DNA of 64,000 bases, taken from assembly GCA_022340465.1 (NCBI GenBank), contig JAJDNW010000071.1:18606-82605 (forward strand), given 5' to 3'. The notes beneath the pieces are model-generated. The model did not search any database. It was not told the origin of the DNA and saw only the letters and a list, made by a program, of their open reading frames with translations. Origin of the DNA: Deltaproteobacteria bacterium (GTDB lineage: Bacteria > Desulfobacterota > Desulfobacteria > Desulfobacterales > B30-G6). Shown one piece after another: positions 1 to 8,023 of this stretch; positions within the stretch are counted from its first letter, which is position 1; the number at the start of each line of letters is the position of its first letter. The position numbers and the translations under genes are program-made.

Positions 1-998
1 GCCTGACCTTGATTTGTTTCCGCCTTATACAATGTGAGCATGTTAGCTATCTCTTGCCTCATTTCGTCCTGCAGCGCCCGGGGCCTGACCACCCGTGCTT
101 TGGCTCCCCACGTCAGCAGCCAGAATTTGATCTCTTCCGTGCCGGCCACCTCTATCTTGAAGAGGATGGAGCCGTCAGCCTGTTCTTCGATTTCCTGGCT
201 CGCATGCCATACCTTTTCTTCGATGTATCCGGCGATGTCGGCTGAAAACCAGATGACCACCTCGACAGGCTCTCCCAGGAAAGTGCCGAAACTGGTCTGC
301 ATCAATTCATCGGCATCGAAATCGGGAGGCATCTCAAAGATGTCATCCGTATTTTCGATCGATTTGATGCGGTCGATCGCAAACAGCCGGATGCCTTTTC
401 GCAGAAGGCAATAAGCCAGCATATAAAATGTTCCATCGAAATACCAGATCTTATAAGGAGCAACCTTACGCCGGCTCATTTTTTTGCGGTGCATGGCGTA
501 ATATTGGATAATGACGTGTGTCCGCCCGACCACAGCACGATTTACGCTGTCGATGATCTTCCCGTGCGGTCCGTAATTTTTATGTGCCTTGAAGCCGACT
601 TTCAGGCTGTCTTCAAATTGGGCCAGATATTGAAGATACTCTGCGGGAAGGGTGGTTTTCACTTTCAGGAGCAACGACTCCAGGGCATCGTAAAAGACGG
701 TGTCCTTGAGTGCTTTCAGCATGTCCCGGCTGAAGTAGAGGGCCATCAGTTCGGTGACGTTGAAGGGAACGGGAATGAGATGCTTGGCGGACTCCAGGAG
801 TGACCACGTGCTTTTGTTGGCCACACGTTCGTTATAAACCGGGAAGCCCGCCACCTGCAGGGCTTCGAGGTCCCGGTACACGGTTCTGGGGTGGCATTCC
901 AATTCGGCGGCCAGTTCACGTACGGACTTTCCCTGATTCGAGGCGATGAGCCTGCGAATGATTTTCCACTGCCTTCCCAATTGGTCTCCTCTGGCCAT
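1..998 (-). CDS. WYL-domain transcriptional regulator (HTH + WYL core), 3' end cut by window edge
   Basis: Absent from the ORF track because the frame runs off the window. My translation from ATG at 998 gives MARGDQLGRQWKIIRRLIASNQGKSVRELAAELECHPRTVYRDLEALQVAGFPVY (HTH), then ...RRKVAPYKIWYFDGTFYMLAYCLLRKGIRLFAIDRI (WYL-type core). The frame is open down to position 3. Confidence 0.8.
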   Translation of the reverse strand, partial: MARGDQLGRQWKIIRRLIASNQGKSVRELAAELECHPRTVYRDLEALQVAGFPVYNERVANKSTWSLLESAKHLIPVPFNVTELMALYFSRDMLKALKDTVFYDALESLLLKVKTTLPAEYLQYLAQFEDSLKVGFKAHKNYGPHGKIIDSVNRAVVGRTHVIIQYYAMHRKKMSRRKVAPYKIWYFDGTFYMLAYCLLRKGIRLFAIDRIKSIENTDDIFEMPPDFDADELMQTSFGTFLGEPVEVVIWFSADIAGYIEEKVWHASQEIEEQADGSILFKIEVAGTEEIKFWLLTWGAKARVVRPRALQDEMRQEIANMLTLYKAETNQGQ

Positions 999-1112
999 GA
1001 TTCTTCTCCAACATCGTCAAGTTCCGGTATAACCGGCGCTGTGAGGAAGGCACTTCAAAGGGGCCTGATATGCCGTCACCGCTGATTTGCGCTGACTTTT
1101 TCTGCCACAGGG

Positions 1113-1958
1113 TCAGATCACCTTGATGTGCCATGGCTCGAAACGCACGCCGAGACGATTGCTTTCGGTATAGCGGAGCCGTACATAATCGAGTTTGCGG
1201 ATCTTTTTGAAAACATCCGTCTGGGTGAAATGGCGGGTAAAGTTATCGCTTCCCAATCCGATACTGCCCACGTCGAAGTCACCGACACCATGAAAAGAAT
1301 ACCCGGGAGGGGCCAGCGACCGTGAAGCGATTGACAGGTTGCCTTTTGTTTTGACCGCTTTCCTGAAGAAAAGGTAGAACTGTTTGGCGATTCCCCTTAT
1401 GCCGGAGGTCAGGATCAGCTTTTTACCGACGTCGCTGGACATTTTGTGATATGTCTTAATGGAGGTGCCCGTGAAGAGGTAGTTGCCGGTCCCGGGAACC
1501 CGGACGAAATCAGCGCCTCCGATGTCGTCGGTTATGGCCGTAAGCGGTTTTTCCCCCTTGAATCCATACAGGCGGGCGTTCTGGTGGAAGATCTTATGCA
1601 TGAAGCGGATTTCGTCACGGGTGAAAGCGCCGATACTCGGATCATAGCGTGCATGGGCAAAGGCGTCTTCGATGTTCATCAGCGCAAAGTTGCCGTGCCC
1701 GGCGACAAGTTGCACACGGGCGAGGCGTTCGCTCGTCGATCGGAGCAGTGCATAATCCGCGGGGAAAAGAACGATTTGGCCCAGGCCGTTCACCCTGAAG
1801 TTGCGGCGCCCGAACGCTTCCTGCGGGCTGCCGTCGCCCCCGGGGATTACGCCCGGCGGCCGATGAGGTGTGTGCGTGCCCGCCAAAGCGGCATCGGGAA
1901 AACAATTGCAGGCGCAGGTTGCCAGCAATATCTTCAAGAAGGTTCGCCTTTTTATCAT
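1113..1958 (-). CDS. Secreted M15-family (VanY-like) D-Ala-D-Ala carboxypeptidase / peptidoglycan peptidase
   Basis: The 281-aa ORF has a twin-arginine-like N-terminus (MIKRRTFLKILLA). The zinc-ligand motifs SFHGVGDFDVG and EPWHIKV are typical of VanY/M15 peptidases. Confidence 0.75.
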   Translation of the reverse strand: MIKRRTFLKILLATCACNCFPDAALAGTHTPHRPPGVIPGGDGSPQEAFGRRNFRVNGLGQIVLFPADYALLRSTSERLARVQLVAGHGNFALMNIEDAFAHARYDPSIGAFTRDEIRFMHKIFHQNARLYGFKGEKPLTAITDDIGGADFVRVPGTGNYLFTGTSIKTYHKMSSDVGKKLILTSGIRGIAKQFYLFFRKAVKTKGNLSIASRSLAPPGYSFHGVGDFDVGSIGLGSDNFTRHFTQTDVFKKIRKLDYVRLRYTESNRLGVRFEPWHIKVI

Positions 1959-2079
1959 TGAACCTGGGTCCCTGGTTGCGTGACGCCGTTAAAAGAAGAG
2001 CCCTTGGACGACTGCCAGATCAATTTGGCAGCTGCCTGTCGCCGCTCAAATTAGGGAGCGGCCACAGGCCCGAATCCGA

Positions 2080-2457
2080 TCAGGACTCTCCAATGGTATG
2101 GTGCTGTATCATGTGTTTCAGCCGGGACAGTTGATCGGCATTTAGCCGTCCGAATTTGACACCCAGCTGACGCACAGAAACGGTGCTGAGAGGGTTTTCC
2201 TTTTCAATCATGGTGTCGCGTACGGGTTGAAAGGGAATGTTTTTGATATACACTTGATGCCTGGATATGAAAATATCCAGAGCACGGGCTCCGTTGTTAA
2301 TCCTCTCATTGGCCAGATATTTGAAGGCGAGTCCGCCGAAACTGATATCTCTGATTTGACCCAGCTGGTTGGCGTTGTCTCTCACGGCAGCAAAGGCGCC
2401 GTTTACCGCTTTAAACCGTTTTTGTTTTCTGCGTTCGCTGATATCTTTTCGATCCAT
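2080..2457 (-). CDS. PilZ-domain protein (c-di-GMP receptor type)
   Basis: Contains the RxxxR-type motif ERRKQKRF followed by DISFGGLAF (D/NxSxxG). The start is ambiguous: ATG at 2457 or 2478, and the track start at 2496 is a TTG. Confidence 0.7.
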   Translation of the reverse strand: MDRKDISERRKQKRFKAVNGAFAAVRDNANQLGQIRDISFGGLAFKYLANERINNGARALDIFISRHQVYIKNIPFQPVRDTMIEKENPLSTVSVRQLGVKFGRLNADQLSRLKHMIQHHTIGES

Positions 2458-2579
2458 CGGTTCCGTTGTCAAGTACATAAATGTTACTGAAATCAATGGC
2501 TATATAGACTACGATCGCTACGGGTGTCAAGGGAAATCTGTCTTATTTTCAAACACTTCCCGGAGGATTGTGCCGTGCC

Positions 2580-3422
2580 TCAGGAGAGGAGGTACTGCAC
2601 GCCGGACAAGGTGGCTCCTAAAAGTGTGACTACCGTCAAGACCGCGGTTATGCGGGCTGTAATGAGATGCCAGCGGGTCTCTCTTTTCTTTTCCCTGTAA
2701 CCTAAAAGGGCGCCGAGCAGGGCCCCGGCCAACATGCCGCCGGCATGCCCCCAGTTGTTAATGCCGGGTATCAGAAATCCGAACACGAAGAGACTGACGG
2801 CCCATCCACCGACCTGCCTGTAGACCGCCTGACCGTAAACGCCCCCCCTGTTTATTCCGAAATAAAGCGCCGCTCCGATCAGGCTGCATATGGCGGCGGA
2901 AGCCCCGATGGTCAACTGGACGCCCACCAGATAGCTGATGCCGAATCCGGCCACGCCTCCCAGGGTGTAGATGACCAGCATCCTGGACAACCCGTATTCG
3001 CGTACGATCAACGGGGCGATCTGCCACAGGGCAAGCATGTTGAAAAGGATGTGCAGGATGCCCGCGTGCAGATAGTTGGCGGAAAGGAGGGACCACCAGC
3101 GATGCATCTGGTCGATGGGGATGGTTCCCGTGGCGCCAAACAACAGCAGGCCCCGGCTGCCCGGTGAAAGCATGGAGAGGGGGTTACCGGAAAATTGGCG
3201 GCCCCCCGGCGACAACAGCAGGGAGATGGCATACATCAGAACGTTGAGGCCGATGATGGCCTTGATCAGCTTGTCGGGGTCGTTCATCACGGCGCCGAAA
3301 AAATAGCGATTTAACAACGACCGCGGTTTACGCGTCCCGCAGTAGGGGCATGTGGTATCATCGCTGCCCACCAGTCTCCGGCAGTTGGGGCACAGTACCG
3401 GCTTCCTTTTGTTGCCGTTCAT
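2580..3422 (-). CDS. Rhomboid-family intramembrane serine protease with N-terminal zinc ribbon
   Basis: Contains CPNCRRLVGSDDTTCPYCG (zinc ribbon), multiple TM segments, GASAAICSLIGA (GxSxxxxG catalytic Ser) and a distal NNWGHAGG (catalytic His). A good SD (AAGGAGA) precedes the ATG. Confidence 0.8.
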   Translation of the reverse strand: MNGNKRKPVLCPNCRRLVGSDDTTCPYCGTRKPRSLLNRYFFGAVMNDPDKLIKAIIGLNVLMYAISLLLSPGGRQFSGNPLSMLSPGSRGLLLFGATGTIPIDQMHRWWSLLSANYLHAGILHILFNMLALWQIAPLIVREYGLSRMLVIYTLGGVAGFGISYLVGVQLTIGASAAICSLIGAALYFGINRGGVYGQAVYRQVGGWAVSLFVFGFLIPGINNWGHAGGMLAGALLGALLGYREKKRETRWHLITARITAVLTVVTLLGATLSGVQYLLS

Positions 3423-3554
3423 TGCTAATCTCCTTTTTGTCCGGCAGAAAAAGTAAGGGCTGCCGGGCGATCTGTCAAATTGTCGCCGCCTTGTCGAGCT
3501 ATTTCAACGCATCCGTGCTTGATTTGCGCGCGCGGGCTGTGGTAGACAACTGCC

Positions 3555-3893
3555 ATGAGCGACGCGAGGATATACTTGGTGTACATGACGGCGGGTGACA
3601 GGGACGAAGCGCGTTCCATCGGCCGGGCATTGGTCGAATCCGGTCTGGCGGCCTGTGCGAATATCCTGGACCGCATGACCTCGATATATGCATGGGAAGG
3701 GACGATTCAGGAGGACAGCGAGGTGGTCGTCATTGCCAAAACGACGGCCGAGCGGTTTCCGGAATTGAAAGCCAGAGTTGAAGCAATGCACAGCTATGAT
3801 TGCCCCTGCATACTGGCTGTTGACGTGATGCAGGGCCATGGGCCCTTCCTGGACTGGATTCGAGATTCAGTCGGCGGGGATATGCGATGCTGA
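3555..3893 (+). CDS. cutA: Divalent-cation tolerance protein CutA
   Basis: The 112-aa ORF shows the typical CutA1 pattern: YLVYMTAGDRDEARSIGRALVESGLAACANI...YAWEGTIQEDSEVVVIAKT...YDCPCILAV. Confidence 0.8.
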   Translation: MSDARIYLVYMTAGDRDEARSIGRALVESGLAACANILDRMTSIYAWEGTIQEDSEVVVIAKTTAERFPELKARVEAMHSYDCPCILAVDVMQGHGPFLDWIRDSVGGDMRC

Positions 3894-3914
3894 AAAAAAT
3901 CAGGGAATCGATAT

Positions 3915-4169
3915 ATGAAAGATGACAAAGGGCTATATTACCATCCCTTTCCGCAGAACAAAAGGGTGCGCATGTACGTACAGGCAACGGGCAACGACGT
4001 ATTGTTTCGCATGTGGAATGCGGACGACCCTCAATTGTGGGAAGAGCACGGCTGGGTGCCGTACAAAGCCGTGAAGGAAGCTTCCGGCATGTATGACAAG
4101 AAGGACTTCGATCCCCAGAGGGCATATGACATTCATGTGGCCAGGGAATTGCTGTCGGAGGGTGCCTAG
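3915..4169 (+). CDS. Small hypothetical protein (84 aa)
   Basis: Open frame 22 nt after cutA on the same strand. I recognise no motif (MKDDKGLYYHPFPQNKRVRMYVQATGNDVLFRMWNADDPQLWEEHGWVPY...). Confidence 0.45.
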   Translation: MKDDKGLYYHPFPQNKRVRMYVQATGNDVLFRMWNADDPQLWEEHGWVPYKAVKEASGMYDKKDFDPQRAYDIHVARELLSEGA

Positions 4170-4187
4170 TTCACCACGGTTTCTCGG

Positions 4188-4586
4188 TCACAGGTTTTTC
4201 AGAATCTCCTTTACCATATTGCCGTCAGCCTGAGCGCCGAAGTGCTTCATGATGGGGCCCATGGCCTGCATTTTGCTGTTGAATTGCGAAAAATCGATGT
4301 TTCCCTTTATCCAGGCGGTAATTTCCGATTCGGCAGCCATTGGGGGAAGATAGGCGGCAATCACGTCGATAAAGGGCGAATCTTCCGATTCACCCGTTTG
4401 CTGCAGCATTTCTCTTTCCGATTTGATCAGCTTTTTCAATATGTTGATGACATCATCATCGGAAAGCGATTTTTTGTCGGACCTGCCGAATTCACCCATG
4501 GCCACGCGCAGTGCGTTCTTTTTTTCTTCATCTCTGGCCTTGATGGCTGCCGTGAGGTCCTGTTTGATTTTTTCCTGAATGGTCAT
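4188..4586 (-). CDS. GatB/YqeY-domain protein
   Basis: MTIQEKIKQDLTAAIKARDEEKKNALRVAMGEF...MGPIMKHFGAQADGNMVKEILKNL is the characteristic YqeY pattern. ATG at 4586 has SD GGAGAAAG; the track start at 4604 is a TTG. Confidence 0.8.
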   Translation of the reverse strand: MTIQEKIKQDLTAAIKARDEEKKNALRVAMGEFGRSDKKSLSDDDVINILKKLIKSEREMLQQTGESEDSPFIDVIAAYLPPMAAESEITAWIKGNIDFSQFNSKMQAMGPIMKHFGAQADGNMVKEILKNL

Positions 4587-4734
4587 ATTCTTTCTCCAAA
4601 TCAATTTTCATATTTGACCATGTACAACGATTGTCAACCGTCTGTTCCGATTGAAACCCGGCAAAGAGGCCTTGGGCGGCATGTTTTTCAAGCAACCACT
4701 CTATAGCGCTATTTGCAAAAAGATGTTACACATT

Positions 4735-4752
4735 ATTGATCTTAAGATCAAT
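4735..4752. promoter_or_regulatory. Perfect 18-bp palindrome ATTGATCTTAAGATCAAT upstream of the two-component operon
   Basis: The sequence is its own reverse complement (checked base by base). It lies 42-63 nt upstream of the candidate response-regulator starts (4794/4815). Confidence 0.35.
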
Positions 4753-4814
4753 CATATACACGCCTGACTTCAATTTACATCGAAGAAAAGGTAATGAAAG
4801 GGCAGTCTCGGGCT

Positions 4815-5492
4815 ATGCGAATTTTGCTGGTGGAAGATGACCTGAAAATTGCTTCCTTCGTCAAGAAGGGGCTGGAGGCCTCCGGTTTTACGGTCGATCA
4901 TGTTCCTGACGGGGAAGAAGGCCTCAATCTGGCCATGACGGAACCGTATGACACGGCCATCGTCGATCTCATGCTGCCGAAGATCGACGGGTTGACACTC
5001 ATACGACAGATACGATCCGGCAGGGTGAATACGCCGGTACTGATTCTCAGTGCCCGGGATGCTATCGACGACCGCGTCAAGGGGCTGCAGACCGGCGGCG
5101 ACGATTACCTCACCAAACCCTTTAGCTTCTCAGAACTTTTGGCCCGGGTTCAGGCCCTCATCCGCCGGTCGAGCCATACGGTCGAGCCCACCCTGCTCAA
5201 GGCGGCGGACCTTACGGTGGACCTTTTGTCGCGCCGGGTGGCCCGCGGGGAAGAAACAATAGAACTTCAACCCCTGGAATTCTCGCTGCTGGAGTACCTC
5301 GTCAGGAACAAGGACAAGGTCGTGTCCAAAACCATGATCATGGAGCACGTCTGGAACTACAATTTCGACCCTCAGACCAATGTCGTCGAAGCCAGAATAT
5401 GCCGTCTGAGGGACAAGGTCGACAAGGGATTTGAAAGGAAACTCATCCAGACGATTCGCGGTGTAGGCTATGTTCTTAAAGAGAGCGATTGA
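4815..5492 (+). CDS. OmpR-family response regulator (receiver + winged-helix)
   Basis: Contains MRILLVEDDLKIASFV..., the phospho-acceptor context AIVDLMLPKIDG, and a C-terminal winged helix ...IQTIRGVGYVLK. An alternative start is ATG at 4794. Confidence 0.85.
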   Translation: MRILLVEDDLKIASFVKKGLEASGFTVDHVPDGEEGLNLAMTEPYDTAIVDLMLPKIDGLTLIRQIRSGRVNTPVLILSARDAIDDRVKGLQTGGDDYLTKPFSFSELLARVQALIRRSSHTVEPTLLKAADLTVDLLSRRVARGEETIELQPLEFSLLEYLVRNKDKVVSKTMIMEHVWNYNFDPQTNVVEARICRLRDKVDKGFERKLIQTIRGVGYVLKESD

Positions 5493-6882
5493 TATCCGCC
5501 GCACCCTGGCTTTCCGGCTGACACTATGGTACGCCAGCATTTTCACCTTGTCGGCCTGCATCGCCTTTCTGATCTTCTACATCATGATCACGGCGCTGTT
5601 TCAGGAGCGAACCGACCGGGACCTCCTGAAACAGGTGGGGCTTTTTACCGCCATGCTCAACGCGGAAGGCATCAATGCCGTAGAACGGCTTGCAGAGCGG
5701 GAGGCGCAGGCCTCCGGGGAGAAAAAGATCTTTTTCCGTCTGCTGTACCCGACCGGCATCTCCTTTTCATCTTCCAACATGTCTTTCTGGCGCAACATCG
5801 GCGTGAACCGGGCGTCGATTGAGGAGATCATGAGCGGCTCGGCTTATGTGTATGAAACCATTACCATTCCCGAAAAGAGACAGCAGGTGCGGATCATCTA
5901 CAGCGCCATCGGGTCCGGTATCATTATGCAACTGGGGCATTCGATGGAAAACGTCACCGGCTTTTTCCAGGCCCTTCAAAAGGTGTTCATTCCAGTAGTG
6001 CTTGCCCTGATTTTCGTTTCGGCCGGCGTGGGTTGGTTCATGGCCCGCAGGGCCTTGTCCGGCGTGGGGGCGGTCACCCGCACTGCCAGAAAAATAGCCG
6101 CCGGTTCGCTGGAGGAGCGCGTTCCCGTGCAGGGCAGGGGGGATGAAATCGATCGCTTGGCCAGCACCTTCAACGCCATGCTGGACCAGATCGGGAAACT
6201 GGTTACGGGGATCAAGGAAATCAGCGACAACGTGGCCCACGATCTGAAAAGCCCCATCACGGCCATGCGTGGAACGGCCGAAGTCGCGCTGACAACCGGT
6301 AAATCCAGGGGAGATCTGGAACGAATGGGAGCGGAGGTCATCGAATCCTGTGATCGCCTCCTCGACATGATTAACACCATGCTGACCATCTCCAAGACCG
6401 AAGCCGGTGTCGGTGATCTGCACAAAAGGGAACTGGATGTCGACGCAGTCGTGCGGGAGGCCTGCGAGCTGTTCGAACCAATGGCCGCGGACCGGCGGAT
6501 CGATCTCTCCTGCGATGCGGCCTCCGGGGCGCATATCATCGGGGACGTGGCCATGATTCAGCGCATGGTCGCCAACCTCCTCGACAATGCCGTCAAATAC
6601 ACGCAGCCGGGAGGGCGGATAGCGCTTTCCACCGGATCGAACCGGAACGGCATGGCCGTTATCTCGATTAGGGACACCGGCGTGGGCATCCCGGAGGAAA
6701 ATCTGCCCCACATATTCGACCGCTTCTTCCGCGGTGATCCCAGCCGTTCAACGTTGGGGTCCGGTCTGGGCCTGAGTCTTGTCAAGGCCGTGGCCGAAGC
6801 CCATAGCGGCAGTGTGCGGGTGAACAGCGAAGTCGCTAAAGGCAGCCATTTCGAAGTGACGCTGCCTGTTATTTCCGACTGA
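5470..6882 (+). CDS. Sensor histidine kinase (2 TM, HAMP, HisKA, HATPase_c)
   Basis: Contains the H-box SDNVAHDLKSPIT, the N-box LLDNAVKYT, and G-boxes IRDTGVGIP and GSGLGLSLVKAV. It overlaps the regulator stop by 23 nt. Confidence 0.85.
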   Translation: MFLKRAIDIRRTLAFRLTLWYASIFTLSACIAFLIFYIMITALFQERTDRDLLKQVGLFTAMLNAEGINAVERLAEREAQASGEKKIFFRLLYPTGISFSSSNMSFWRNIGVNRASIEEIMSGSAYVYETITIPEKRQQVRIIYSAIGSGIIMQLGHSMENVTGFFQALQKVFIPVVLALIFVSAGVGWFMARRALSGVGAVTRTARKIAAGSLEERVPVQGRGDEIDRLASTFNAMLDQIGKLVTGIKEISDNVAHDLKSPITAMRGTAEVALTTGKSRGDLERMGAEVIESCDRLLDMINTMLTISKTEAGVGDLHKRELDVDAVVREACELFEPMAADRRIDLSCDAASGAHIIGDVAMIQRMVANLLDNAVKYTQPGGRIALSTGSNRNGMAVISIRDTGVGIPEENLPHIFDRFFRGDPSRSTLGSGLGLSLVKAVAEAHSGSVRVNSEVAKGSHFEVTLPVISD

Positions 6883-6905
6883 AGGTGAATGTTTTTGTCT
6901 TATAA

Positions 6906-6916
6906 TTGTCTGACAA
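6906..6916. promoter_or_regulatory. GntR/FadR-type operator-like palindrome TTGTC-T-GACAA adjoining a TATAAT box
   Basis: TTGTCTGACAA (6906-6916) is palindromic around its central base. TATAAT lies at 6901-6906 and a further TTGTCT half-site at 6895-6900. The site is about 165 nt upstream of the GntR-family gene. Confidence 0.3.
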
Positions 6917-7012
6917 CCAGATAATCAGGTTGACGGGTTGTAAATTTTATGGCAAGCAAAATCAGCAGCAGGAAGCGGGCGGTATCCAATGAAAATAGCC
7001 AATTAAACATAA

Positions 7013-7031
7013 GTTGAGCGTTTCAAATTTT
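7013..7031 (+). repeat. Short intergenic box GTTGAGCGTTTCAAATTTT (copy 1)
   Basis: The same 19-mer occurs at 18159-18177. Near-identical copies lie at 57300-57316 and, on the minus strand, within 48625-48644. This copy ends 48 nt upstream of the GntR-family start codon. Confidence 0.7.
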
Positions 7032-7079
7032 AAGCTCGACAATCGTTCGGATTCGGTTAAAGGAAGATGTGAGCACCGC

Positions 7080-7805
7080 ATGAACTACAAGCCCATCAAA
7101 CGAAAGTCCACCGTAGAACTGGTAAGGGGTGAGATCCTCAAAAGCATTGAATCCGGACAATTGAAACCCGGCGACAAACTTCCCACTGAACATCAGTTGT
7201 GCAAGATGTTCGGTGTGGGAAGGTCGACCGTCAGGGAGGCGATCTCAAACCTGTCCATTCTGGGTTATCTGCAGAGCATCCAGGGTAAAGGCTGCTATGT
7301 CCGGGAAGGACTCGACCCGGACAGTGCCACACGCATCGCACTGCACGACATACAGAGTGCGGCCAATATTATCGACCTCATTGAAATAAGAGAGATTCTG
7401 GAATGCAATGCCGTCAGGCTGGCGGCACAGAGGGCCAATGCCGAGGATGTGGCGCGGATTCAGGAAGCCTTTACAGAAATGAAGGCCGCCGGGGAAAAGT
7501 TGAATCGTTTCACGGCGCAGGATTTTAAATTTCATATCGCCCTGGCTCGTGCTTCCGGAAACCGGATCGTCGTGGAAATGATGCGGCAAATCGTGGAAAA
7601 GGTTCATCTGGAATACATCAAATTCAGGCCGGATAGCCTGTTTCAAAGGGAGGAAGCGGTGCTGACGGCGAAGCGGATAGTTGACTTTGTGCTGCACAAG
7701 GATGCGGAAAAGGCGGCCGATGCCATGCGGGCGCATTTAAACCTGGTGACCACGGAATTAAACCGCAAACTTCCCGACATCAAGTGGATAAATAGAAGCA
7801 ACTGA
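7080..7805 (+). CDS. GntR-family (FadR/FCD subfamily) transcriptional regulator
   Basis: Contains KPGDKLPTEHQLCKMFGVGRSTVREAISNLSILGYLQSIQGKGCYV (GntR wHTH) and a C-terminal helical FCD-like domain. The track start at 7014 is a TTG inside the repeat box, so ATG at 7080 is preferred. Confidence 0.8.
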   Translation: MNYKPIKRKSTVELVRGEILKSIESGQLKPGDKLPTEHQLCKMFGVGRSTVREAISNLSILGYLQSIQGKGCYVREGLDPDSATRIALHDIQSAANIIDLIEIREILECNAVRLAAQRANAEDVARIQEAFTEMKAAGEKLNRFTAQDFKFHIALARASGNRIVVEMMRQIVEKVHLEYIKFRPDSLFQREEAVLTAKRIVDFVLHKDAEKAADAMRAHLNLVTTELNRKLPDIKWINRSN

Positions 7806-7818
7806 TTCTCCCCTACGG

Positions 7819-7938
7819 GATTTTCGGGTTCAGCGCACCTGCGGTGTCAAATGCCATCACGTATAGACCACTATTCGGTCTTCGCTCCGACAAGAGCGAA
7901 ATGACATTTTCCTTGCATCTGCGGCAAACCCGAAAATC
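7819..7938 (+). other. Inverted-repeat-bounded structured element in the leader of the corrinoid/MttB operon
   Basis: There is a perfect 12-bp inverted repeat: GATTTTCGGGTT (7819-7830) and AACCCGAAAATC (7927-7938). It encloses an internal hairpin GTC-TTCGCTC / GAGCGAA-(AT)-GAC at 7878-7905. Confidence 0.5.
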
Positions 7939-8023
7939 GCTCAATTTAGGTCTCCATCGACGTTGATGTCTTCGGAGCTGTTTCGTATCGATCACGGCAA
8001 CCACCATGACGAAAAGGAGGAGC

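Noticed and set aside
7806-8023. Cobalamin riboswitch upstream of the corrinoid protein gene.
   Set aside because: I could not find the conserved B12-box / GCCACTG-type core or the typical GGGAA/GGTGA elements. The structure is reported only as an unclassified candidate.
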